Source: a virus
IMG/VR virus record: IMGVR_UViG_3300045125_000156
Strand: one strand, 5' to 3'
Length of the DNA: 64,000 nt
Under the pieces are notes generated by a model, which worked only from the letters and a program-made list of their open reading frames with translations, did not search any database and was not told where the DNA came from. Made by a program: the position numbers and the translations under genes. Below are positions 1 through 9,921 of this stretch, piece by piece (the stretch's first letter is position 1; each line of letters starts with the position of its first letter).

Positions 1-33
1 GCGCATCGGTATAGAGCGGCACGTCCGCCGCTT

Positions 34-237
34 CTATAGGGGCTTTGTGCAGGGCATAGGTGATCGGTTGATCAAGTGCGTGTTGCAGATATCCCCGAAA
101 ATCTTCGTCGCCTGGTAATGGACGTCCAGTTTATCGAGCTGCTTTGTCACCTTGTCGTTGGCGACGCGCTGCCCCGTAATTTCGTGAATGCGGATAATTG
201 ATTCCGCATAACTGATGCCTAGCGATGTCTGGAACAT
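34..237 (-). CDS. Hypothetical protein, probably frameshifted or truncated at the window edge
   Basis: ORF with natural-looking composition, same strand as the adjacent nuclease; no recognisable motif. Confidence 0.3.
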   Translation of the reverse strand: MFQTSLGISYAESIIRIHEITGQRVANDKVTKQLDKLDVHYQATKIFGDICNTHLINRSPMPCTKPL

Positions 238-352
238 TTCGAGCGGGTTTCGCGTGCGGTAACCGCACGACTTACAAACTGCTCGGGTTGATATTCTGTG
301 TAGATGTAAAACGACGGCCGCCGGTCATCGTGCCCGGGGTTGACGCAGTTCA

Positions 353-1385
353 TCAGCAACGTGGTGCACCGCGTTGCTCTACCTTTTTGTCTGGATACAA
401 CTGCTCCAGAGCAGCGCAGCAGCTGACGCGGAAGCCGGTCAGAAGCAACGTCTCGCCGAATGAGCTGCTAATTGAGACCTCAGCAGCTGGTGCGGCCGTT
501 GTTTTGCGCGAGCCATGCGGGAGCCCTTTCCGCCGCTTGAGGCTTACAGGTCGTACCTTGCGCTTCTTCTTCCGCTGCTCGACAACCTCTGCGCCTACGC
601 TGCAGGCATCAACGTAGCCACAGTAATCGCACTGCCACCCGTTTCGGGGGTCGCTTGTTGTTCGTCGATCAGTTGAAGCTTCCGCGCCGACTTGTTTAAG
701 TAAGTAGCAAGCCAGGTCCGCAATCCGACTACGTCCTCTCGGGTCCAAGCCCAGGTCGCCGTTCTCGCGCGGAAACCAATCTACGCTGTCAGTGCCGATA
801 TAGTTGATCCCGCACTGCACCGCGTGCACCGGAAATTGGCCATGACCATGAGCATGTAGGCGTAGAACTGCGTTGAGTGCTCCTGAATCCGCTTCTTTTT
901 CCGCTCTTGTGATCGAGGACGATCATCACGTTATCGCGGGTAATCATGGCGTGGTCGAGCACTCCGCGCAGTAAGCCCGTATTGTCAAGGACGTACGCGT
1001 AAAGTCAGGCTTGATTGCCAGCTGGTGCTCGACAAACTCCTGGGTTACGCCGTGCGTCTCCTTGAATCGACGAATGCGCACGCCGAAGTCAGCAATGGCC
1101 GGAAGCCTCGTCAAAACTTCTCGATGCTCGTCGGTGGTCAGCTCGTCGCGGGCGGTGACATCGGTGAGCATCTTGGCGAGATCTTGCCCGTTCTGCTTGA
1201 GTTCGGCTTCCAGCAACGCGTGAGCAGCAACGCCAACCCGCGAAGAAGCTCTTACGGCCCTCCTTCTGCTTTCGCACGTACTTATAGTCAAACTGCACTC
1301 CGCAGAGATCGAGAAGGTTCGCTTTGGAGATAGACCACGGCCCGTGCTTCCAGAACGCGCTCGTCAAACATTTTGTCCCCTTCAC
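353..1385 (-). CDS. PD-(D/E)XK (Cas4/RecB-like) exonuclease, split by indels
   Basis: Consecutive frames give PWSISKANLLDLC..F.YKY, GVAAHALLE, VEHQL, LDHKSGK, TQFYAY and C-terminal WQCDYCGY..C, the ordered motifs of this family. Confidence 0.8.
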
Positions 1386-1485
1386 GCCGTGAATTTACGG
1401 CCAGATCAATCTAGCGAAAATAACCAACGGGAAAAGCCCCGAGGTCGCACGGGGCGACCTCGGGACTCTCCATACTCATCAGAGG

Positions 1486-2607
1486 TTATTCTTGCTGTAG
1501 TCCGGCAACGCCCCGGCAGCCGCCATCATCGCGGCCATGTCCGCCTGGGCGTTGAGAACGGAGCGCGCCCTTGGTAGGGCGGTCGTAAACCGAGCGCAGC
1601 TCGGGGGCATAGGCCTCGTGGAGAACGAGGCGCGCGAGCGTGCGGAGAACGCCGCGCTCTGCCGCTGTGGTCGGCGCGCCTTGCGGCGCATCATCGGTGA
1701 CGTGCGGAGTGGCCGTGAGCGAGAACCAACGGCCCTTGTCGTTACGCTCCTCGGCGACGCCAAGGTCGAACCACGCGTCCCAGGGCCGGCCCTTCTGACG
1801 GCGGATGGGCTCAACAGCCCTTCTTCCAGGCTTTGACCCTTCACGGTGAGGGCATAGAATGCCCTTGAAACCGTGAAGCACGAAGTAGATTCGCGCCTCG
1901 TCGGTGCAGCTGTCCGGGCGCCCATTTGCCGTTGGCGTACGGGCGGTGCGGACACGCAGCGCAGCCGCCATAACGGCTGCCGCGCACACGGTCGAGGAAT
2001 AGCAGATCGGCGCGCTTGCTGTTCCGGGTTCATGTCCGGAGGGACGGTGGAGCAGGTCATTCGACGAGAGCGCAGCTGCCGCGTCGGCCACCTGCAGGAT
2101 CGCAGCCTTGAAGGTCTTGCCGATCTTCAGAGAGCGGGCCTGCGCCTCGTTGAAGGCCGCCAGCACGAGGCCGTCGGAGAGTGTAAGCTGAACCCACGGG
2201 GCGGTTGCCGGGCGCGCGGGATCGTCACCCACGCCGTGATAGAGGGCTTGCAGCGAGAGGGATCTTGAAATCCACTCGCGCCGAGACAAAACCCTCGCGC
2301 ACCGGGTTGAGGCTGTCGATCATGTTGTTGAAAGCACTCCTGATCCTGCTCAGGAAGCGGCACGACCAATCGCGATCGAGGCTCGCCCTCTTCGGGCGCA
2401 CTCGTCACTAAAAAACAGTTGCCGGATGGAAGCTTCGGCAAAGCGTCTCGCCAGTCGGGAACGGCAAGCGCCGCCTCAGGCGCTCAGGCTCAGGCTCAGT
2501 GGCGGCCTCGACGACCGGAGTTCGGCACTGCTACCGGCGCGGTCTCCTGGGTGGTGATGGTCACGGGTGCCTCTTCGAGGGTGTTGGTTGGAATTTTTCG
2601 TAGCCAT
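1486..2607 (-). CDS. Hypothetical protein, possibly ssDNA-binding or recombination; frameshifted
   Basis: ATG at 2607 with AAGGAGG SD; overlapping ORFs 2127-2441, 1486-2289 and 1479-2060 appear to be one gene. Aromatic segment NDKGRWFSL and position in the replication block only weakly suggest the function. Confidence 0.35.
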
Positions 2608-2660
2608 AGGGCCTCCTTGCCTAACCGAAGCTGGGCGGGTAGATAATAAGCTAAGTAGCC

Positions 2661-3440
2661 GTGCCTGTAAACAAGAAAGCCAAAACGACTCCGCTTGACA
2701 TGAACGCCCTGGCTTCCGAAGTATTTCAACGACGTCAGTCGGCACAAACTGCCTACGTTACAGGAGGAGCGCCGACTTTCACGGCGTACAAAGACGCTCA
2801 GACGAGGCTGAGATCGGAAGAACCACAAGCGACCGCACCCAGGGCGCGAGAGATCGTGCCGAGATTGGGAAGACGATTGCCTGTGGTTACCTCCGATTTG
2901 TCATCCTGCAAGCGCGCCGTAAAACTTCAGATCCGCAACTCCTGAAAGATTTAATCTCTCAGGGCAACGTCAGGCTGATGATCGGCATAAGCAAGTTCGA
3001 TTTAGCTCACGGTGTGCGGTTCTTGACGTATGCCGCCAGCTGGATCGACGTGTGTATGCAGGAGTACCTGCACAAGCTCGGGACGGTTCATGTCCCCAGC
3101 CACGCACGAAAAGAAATGCGGAAACGCCGTAAGAACGCGAACGACCTTGAGGCGCAACTCTACGAAGAGCCCCAAGTAACTTCAATCGACAATGTCACCT
3201 TGATTGCCGACAATGAAACAGATCAATCTCAGTTGAGAATAACCTGCTTCATTACCTGGACCTCGCCGATTTATCGCGCGTAGAAAAACTGGTCATCATC
3301 TACACCCACGGCCTTCGCGGCAATGAGCTCTCGCTTGACGACCTGTCTTTGTTTTTGTTCGAGTTGGACGGTTCGGTGTTCAACCGCAACCAGCTGGAGC
3401 TAAATGAAGCAAGAGGGGCTAAGGAAGATGCGCTCCCTCA
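2661..3440 (+). CDS. Sigma-70-family RNA polymerase sigma factor, frameshifted
   Basis: DLISQGN(V)..LMIGISKFDLAHGVRFLTYAASWID matches sigma-70 region 2.2-2.3 (DLIQEGNIGLMKAVEKFD..RG.KFSTYATWWIR). Confidence 0.8.
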
Positions 3441-3483
3441 TGGCCGCAAGGGCATCGCGGCCATGAGGGATTTCGCGTGAAGA

Positions 3484-4545
3484 TCAGCCCTCGGCTTCTT
3501 CCTCAGTCGCGATGGACTTCGGAAGCGCCTTGAGACCGGACGCGAGCTTAAGGCCGTCGAGCTTGCCGCGCTCGTAGGCGAGCTTGGACTCATCGACGTT
3601 CTCCCTCGACCGCATGCGCGAGATCTTCGCGTCGATGGAGTTGAGCAGCGCCCGGAGCTCAGCGGCCTTGACGATCGCGATGGCGTCGAGCGCGTACTTC
3701 TCCTCAGCCTCGGCCTCGACCTCAGCCTCGGCCTCAGTCTCCAGCCTCGCCGTCCTTCTTCGCCTTCTTCGCCGCCGCACGCCTCCTTGGCCGCCTTCTC
3801 GGCCGCCGCGAGCTTGGCCTCCAGGCGCTTGGCCGCCTCGTCGATGTCGTCGGCGGTCCAGCCCTTCTCGATCGCCTTGACGGCAATCGCGTATTGCTCG
3901 TCCCCATCCTTGACGGCCTTGAGCGGCGCGGATCTTCGTGCCCGTGCCGGGCTCAAGCTGGCCCTTGCGGACCATCTTCTGCACGCGGTCGTCGCAGTCG
4001 AAGACCGCGAGGTACTGCGAGACCTTGCTGTCGGCGACGCCGAGCTCGTCCTTGATCTGGGTCTGCTTGAGGCCGAACTCGTCGCGCAGCGAGCGCATGT
4101 AGTTCGCCTCGTCCCAGAACGAGAGGCTGCGGCGCTTGATGTTCTCGACACCGCAGGCGATGACGGCCTGGAGCAGGGTCAGGGTCTTGATGTGAACCGG
4201 GATGACCCGGTTCTTGTCGTTCGCGGCCGCGATTGCCGCGCGAACGCGCTGCCGGCCGGCAACGATCAGAGGCCGACCTTGCCGGTCTCCCTTGTGGCGA
4301 ACCGGGGTGACGAGCGGCGGCTGCAGGATGCCGTTCGCCTTGACGTCGTCCGCGAACGACGGCTCAAGCTTGATGTTCTCCGAGTCCGCGCGGGAGTCGA
4401 AGTTCGGAAAGATCAGCGAGTTCGGATCGACGTTGTCGGCGGTCTTGGTCGCCTCCAGCATCTCGAACGGAAACGTGTCGACGGCGTCGACGGTGGGGGT
4501 TGCGGCCTTGCGGGACTTCTTGGGGGTGGTCTCAGTCGTAGTCAT
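3484..4545 (-). CDS. parB: ParB/Spo0J-family protein (ParB N-terminal domain, HTH, acidic Ala/Glu-rich tail); one frameshift near 3930
   Basis: GILQPPLV, IVAGRQRVRAA (GxxRxxA motif), ENIKRRSLSFWDEA, and HTH GLKQTQIKDELGVADSKVSQYL; strong AGGAGGAG SD. Confidence 0.85.
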   Translation of the reverse strand: MTTTETTPKKSRKAATPTVDAVDTFPFEMLEATKTADNVDPNSLIFPNFDSRADSENIKLEPSFADDVKANGILQPPLVTPVRHKGDRQGRPLIVAGRQRVRAAIAAANDKNRVIPVHIKTLTLLQAVIACGVENIKRRSLSFWDEANYMRSLRDEFGLKQTQIKDELGVADSKVSQYLAVFDCDDRVQKMVRKGQLEPGTGTKIRAAQGRQGWGRAIRDCRQGDREGLDRRRHRRGGQAPGGQARGGREGGQGGVRRRRRRRRTARLETEAEAEVEAEAEEKYALDAIAIVKAAELRALLNSIDAKISRMRSRENVDESKLAYERGKLDGLKLASGLKALPKSIATEEEAEG

Positions 4546-4792
4546 TCTTCTCCTCCTAGGAGATCGGATCGCCGCGCAGAATTTTTCGTAGCTGCGCTAC
4601 TACGTACTCTTTGTCCAGAAGAGCGAAAGGAAAATCGAGGATGGACCTGCCCTCGATCAGATGGCGGTACGCCTTCCAGAATTCAGCCGAGACGCGTAAT
4701 TCTGGCGCGGGCGCCGCCATGTAGCAAGTAAAGAAACGTCACGATTCTTTTGTGGAGGACGGGGTCGGCCAGCACGTGGGCGTAGTCGCGCC

Positions 4793-5011
4793 TTAGCGCT
4801 CGAACGGTGCGGTCCCGCAGTTCGGACACATACGCGATGTCCGAGATGTCCCCTGATCGTACCCGTGGACCGGACTTCCGCATCGTGGGCAATCCTCCCG
4901 TCCTCCAGCAAAAGATGCTCGTTTGCCTGGCTTTTGCGAGCCCGACGAAGGAAGAGCCGACTCTTCTACCACATTCTCTTCAGAATTTGTGACGACGCCG
5001 AACTTCTGCAT
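4793..5011 (-). CDS. Small zinc-ribbon protein
   Basis: CPRC...CPNC pair in a 72-aa ORF. Confidence 0.6.
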   Translation of the reverse strand: MQKFGVVTNSEENVVEESALPSSGSQKPGKRASFAGGREDCPRCGSPVHGYDQGTSRTSRMCPNCGTAPFER

Positions 5012-5045
5012 GCCGAAGCTTTAACAGGTGCCTACGCCATGTCAA

Positions 5046-5531
5046 TCAAATCTCGTCCTTGAAATCTTCGGGGTCCTTCCCGAACTCCTCGATCGACGGC
5101 GCGACCTGCACCCGAGAAAAACGATCGCGCGCTGGCTGATGCTGTGCCCGGGCGGGGTCAGGGATCTTACGAATGAACTCCTGGCTCTGCCCGACCATGG
5201 CTCGGATCGACTTCTCGTTTTGTAGGCGCTCCGGAAGAGTCTCTACGGCGTCAAGCACGCGATCGGGTTCGTTGCGAGCTTCTCGCGGCGGCGAGGGCGG
5301 CGGTTCAAACCGCCCGGCGCCCCAGGGCGCCGGTCCCGGTTCAGTCCGAGCTGGCGGTAAATTCACGGCGTGAACGCGGATGCCATCAACTTCTACGCTG
5401 ATGGTGCCGAGCTCCTGGTCGTAAAAGAGCCCGAACATCTCGGTGTCGGCGTCAGGTACTTCAAACCCCTGGCGCGTCAGATACTCACGAACCGCGAGCA
5501 GCACGTCATTCTGCGTCAGTGTGATCTTCAT
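5046..5531 (-). CDS. Hypothetical protein
   Basis: Intact 161-aa ORF (MKITLTQNDVLLAVREYL...) with GAGG SD, in an operon with the helicase. Confidence 0.65.
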   Translation of the reverse strand: MKITLTQNDVLLAVREYLTRQGFEVPDADTEMFGLFYDQELGTISVEVDGIRVHAVNLPPARTEPGPAPWGAGRFEPPPSPPREARNEPDRVLDAVETLPERLQNEKSIRAMVGQSQEFIRKIPDPARAQHQPARDRFSRVQVAPSIEEFGKDPEDFKDEI

Positions 5532-7470
5532 GGTCCCTCAGTACGTTGAGATACGCGGTGTTTGCCACCGGTTTAGCCACTTCAGCGCCGTACTTACAAC
5601 CCCTGCGGAAAGGGCGAATCTCGTCACGGGCGCAGTCATTCATACGCTCACAAGCCGCGCATGAAATCCGCTCCAGCATGGTGTACGCCACGTTATCCTT
5701 AAACGCGAGCGTTCTCGCCAAAAAGCCGTCTAGCGCCTGGGGGTGCGTGGACAGCAGGCGGTAGACAACCATGTTGCGCGTCTGTCCTGGACGATTATTG
5801 CGCTCAAGCGACTGCTTGTAGTGCGTCAGGTTCCAGGTCAGCGCGTAATAAATCATGTAATTTGCGGCCGTCAGCGTAACGCCGACACCGGAGCTTACCT
5901 GCCCGATGTACACCCGGCAGATCGGATCTGTTTGAAATTTGTGGCTCAGCTCCTCAATACGGTGCGTCGTGGAGCCGTCCACACGGACGTAGCCGTAACC
6001 AGATTCCGAAACGGCCGTCTCGATGTCATTGAGCTCCTCAAGGTACGTCCCCCAGACGATGACCTTGTTCGTGTCATCATCAGACAGCACGTTACCCAAG
6101 AGCTCTTTGAACGTCGCAAGCTTCGGGTTGGGGAGTCGTTTTATGGCCGTAGGAGGTTTTCTTTGTAAATGTGACACCGCTCCGTGTACGGGCGCACCCC
6201 GTTTTTAACGCAGCCCTGCACATGCTCGCAGCCGTCACAGACGAGCGGATCGGCGCCCTCAATAACGAAGCCTGAAACTAACTGCAAGAGCTTATTGACA
6301 AGAGCGCCACCGTGCGGGGTAGAAACTCCGCGACCGCGTAAAGCGTTGGACTCGGCGTACGCAGCAAAATCTTTGAGCCGCGCGATGCTGGCGTCATACT
6401 CCCGCGCTTGAGCCGAGGACAGGTCGAAGGGTACGTCAATGAACGTAACGGGCGGGAGGTCAATACACTCCTTCTTTTTCATGCGCGTCGCGATGCCTTC
6501 GACGCGCGCGTTCAGTTCATCCAGGTCGCGGTAGCCGTAGACCTGGTGCTTATTGAACTTTGAATAAACAAAGTGTTTTTGTTGATACGCATACCAGGGC
6601 ATGGGCATAAGCGCCGGCGAAAGAAAGCGCATCTGTGCATAGAGCTTGCCCGGATGATCCGCCGCTGTCCCCGAGAGTAAGTAGCGTCGGCACGCCTTGG
6701 CTGAGAGTGTCAGCGCCGCCTGCGTCTGGGAGCTTTCGTAGTTCCCGATGGAGTGGGACTCGTCAGAAGCAATCACCTGGTAATCCAAGTCTTTCAGGCG
6801 CTTGGGGTGTTTATTTTTGGGTCGAACTCAAGCCGCGCTCGCGCGTAGGAGAGTACAACTACGTCGGCGGTCTGGGCCGCCTCGCGTAACTTTGTCGGTG
6901 CCGTCCCAGATAACGGCGCGCAAAGCGCTCTGCGAGCAGCGGCGGACTTCGTTAACCCACGTAGGCAGCACTACCGGAGGCGCCAACACCAGCATGCGCT
7001 TGAGCTCGGGATTTTCACGGCGTGAAAGCCGGAAGCCGTCGATCATCGTACGCGTTTTGCCGGTGCCCATCTCCCAGAGGAAGAAAGAACGCCACCACGC
7101 GGCGATGCGGCGAATGCCTGAGTCTCTGGTGCCGGTAGGGCTCAAACCCCTTGGGGAATTCAAAATCTTCAGGCAGCTCGACATCTTCATCACGCCTGTA
7201 CGCCGACTTGGCGGTCTCCCAGACTTTGTGGGAGGCCTGCAAGTCCTTTATGAAAGAAAGCGCAGAATCAGTCCACTGGAGATCGGGGACTAAAACTTTC
7301 AGATCGTGCGCTGCCGAAAGGCCGAAAGGATAGTATGCTGGAAAGAGCCAATCGGTTCCTGACTGCACGGCGCCGATTACGCGCCGCCAGGGGTCAGGAG
7401 ACACGCTCGTGGGCGTGACTCGCCAGATGGGCGTAAGATTCAGGTGCTGACCAACAACGCTGGGTGCCAT
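5506..7470 (-). CDS. SNF2/SF2 DNA helicase, frameshifted
   Basis: PYRHQ (Q motif), WEMGTGKT (Walker A), IASDESH (DExH), LLSGT, and C-terminal SSGVGVTLTAAN and YKQSLERNNRPGQ motifs; ATG at 7470 with AAGGAG SD. Confidence 0.9.
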
Positions 7471-9174
7471 GACCTCTCCTTCTATAGACACGTCGAATCT
7501 TGCCGAGCCGACCGCCCTGAACGGGGCGAATCCTCTGAACCCCGCGTTCGACTTCCTGACGGGGTTCGTACCAAGAAAGCTCAAGGACCTCTTCAAGTGG
7601 GCCGAGTACCTCGCGTTCAACTCGGCACACATTTACGGGGTCGTAAGAAAATTCAGGGAGTATCCGATTACGTCGTTCATTTACGACACGACGTCGCCCG
7701 ATGAAAAGCAGCGGCACCAGGACCTGTTCGAAAAGAAAACCCGGCTCAAGGGTTTCTTACCCAGGTATCTTTCGACAAGTGGATTTACGGCAACGCCTTC
7801 GTCAGCGTATTTGAGCCGATCAAGCGCTGGCTCCGGTGCACCAAGTGCCGGACGAAGGAAGACGTTAAAGTCGCCGATTACAAGTACGTCGACACGTCGA
7901 CAGCGTTCAAACTGAAATGCCGCAACTGCGGGTTTGAGGGCGTCGCGGAAGTCGAAGATGAAAGCTGATCGACCCGTCGAAGATCAACCTGATCCGCTGG
8001 GATCCGAAGCTCATCGACATCGACCATAACCCCGGTAACCGGGCAGAGCGTCTACTACTACACGATTCCGCGAACGCTCGTGCAGCAGGTCAAAGAAGGC
8101 AATAAGCACCTCATTGGCACCATGCCGATGGAGATGCTCAAAGCTATGAAGGCCAAGAAGACCTTCAAGTTTGCCGACGGGCAGATCTTCCACCTGAAAG
8201 TGCCGGGCCTGCCGGCGTTGAGTCGCAGTGGGGCTTCCCCGATCACCAGCGCGATCAAGCTGTTCCTGTTTGCCGCCATCCTTCGGCGCGCCAATGAGGC
8301 GATCGCCCTTGAACACATCACGCCGTTTCGCGTGATTCACCCACAAGCCGCTTCAGGCAACGGGGACCCCCTCCTGCAGTTGAACCTCGATGAGTGGCGC
8401 CGCGAGCTGGAGAGCAACTACAAAAAGTTTCGGCGCGACCCGCTTCGCATGCAGTTCTCCCCGGTGCCTATCGGCGTACAAAACGTCGGCGGGGATGGCC
8501 GCGCGATGCTGACTCTCGGAGAGCTACAGGAAGCCGAGAAAATATCGTTCTATCGATGGGCGTGCCCATGGAGTTCCTGGCGGAGGGCTCGGGCAGATGC
8601 GCGGCGAGGTCACGCTACGCATGCTGGAAAACCAGCTGCAGACGCACATCGAAGACCTGAACGGCCTGATCCAGTGGATCGAAGGGAAATGCGCGCGCTT
8701 TCTGGGGTGGGCCTCTATCCCCATGCGGCTGGCCGAATTCAAGCTGCTCGACGATGTTGAGAACAAGCAGATTTACTTCCAGCTCTGGCAGCAGGGAAGA
8801 TCAGCGATACAAAGATCGGCGAGCTCTTCGGCATCGATTGGGAGCACGAGCGCAAGCAGAAGATGGAAGACGTCTTGAGCGAAATGAAATCGCAGATGCA
8901 GCTTGAGGCCGCCCAGAAGAAGCTCCAGAACGCGCTCTCCCAGCAGGCGGCAAACAAAGCCCAGATGTCGCAGAACCCCGCGCAGTACGACCAGCAGGCG
9001 ATCATCGCGCAAGCCGACCAGATCGCGCAGGAGTTCGCCCAGATGGATATCGGCACTCGCCGGTCGCGCATGGACGCACTCAAGAACGAGGACCTCATCA
9101 TGGCCTCGGTGGTGCGTGAGCGGCTTGAGCAGATGCAGCAAGACCAGAACGCAGCCCAGCGAGCACAGCGATGA
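7469..9174 (+). CDS. Portal-like protein, frameshifted, with Gln-rich C-terminus
   Basis: About 560 codons across ORFs 7469-7915, 8080-8760, 8597-8878 and 8863-9174. Helical character, size and position fit a portal, but no diagnostic motif proves it. Confidence 0.55.
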
Positions 9175-9776
9175 GCGACGACTTCGGGAAATTCATTGAC
9201 CAGGCTCAGACCGCCGACCGGGTGGAGAGCCGGTTTGCCGGGCTTGAATCCGAACTGGAGGTGCACGCCGGCGCCAAGAAGAAGGCCAAGTACACCTACG
9301 AGTGCCGGGTTTTCACGGTCTTCCGGCCTTGGCAGGAATGTCACCGCTGTCAGAAAGCGTTTCGCCCAAAAAAGAACGCAGAAGGCCAGTGGGAAGACCC
9401 GGACCTGCAGATGCCGGAAGACGAAGACTTTATCTGCCCTCACAACGAGATGGAAGAGTACACGACGCTGGTCAACAAGATTTCACGGGGTGAAGCCCGC
9501 CTGATCCGGCGGTCCCTTGAAACTTTGAAGACCGGCGTCGTGCAGGCGCTGCTTGAATGGGGCGAGCCGAACTTCTCGAACAAAAGAAGAGTCAGGAGCC
9601 GTTTCCACGGCTCTGACTCTCCCGCCTCACTCGTCCGGGGTTACCTACGAGCGAGGCGCCGTTATAGCGCGATGACGCTCTCCTCCCAGGCGTTCTCCTG
9701 GGGAGGGCGTCGTCGGCGAAGAACTGAGACCAGTTCTTCTTCTCTCTCCTCTCCTTCCGCCATTCCTGGCGGTTGA
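9171..9776 (+). CDS. Hypothetical protein with CxxC and ICPH motifs
   Basis: Start overlaps the upstream stop (ATGA); ECHRC and FICPH; the 3' end is probably frameshifted. Confidence 0.55.
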   Translation: MSDDFGKFIDQAQTADRVESRFAGLESELEVHAGAKKKAKYTYECRVFTVFRPWQECHRCQKAFRPKKNAEGQWEDPDLQMPEDEDFICPHNEMEEYTTLVNKISRGEARLIRRSLETLKTGVVQALLEWGEPNFSNKRRVRSRFHGSDSPASLVRGYLRARRRYSAMTLSSQAFSWGGRRRRRTETSSSSLSSPSAIPGG

Positions 9777-9921
9777 GAGCCTTGTTCGTGGTGGCCATCA
9801 GAGGATGACCACCAGCCAGAGAACTGATGTAATGCACATGAAAAATCTCCGGGTTCGTCACGGACACAATCGTCGCGTGACAGTTTCTTCTACCAGCAAC
9901 ACCCCTTAAAATTTCCAAGCC

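Noticed and set aside
353-1385. cas4 of a CRISPR-Cas locus
   Set aside because: No other cas genes or arrays are in the window; stand-alone Cas4-like nucleases are common in phage replication blocks.
3471-3481. Canonical host-type parS cluster
   Set aside because: I saw no exact TGTTTCACGTGAAACA; only one imperfect zero-spacer site and one 1-bp-spacer site (52952) were found.
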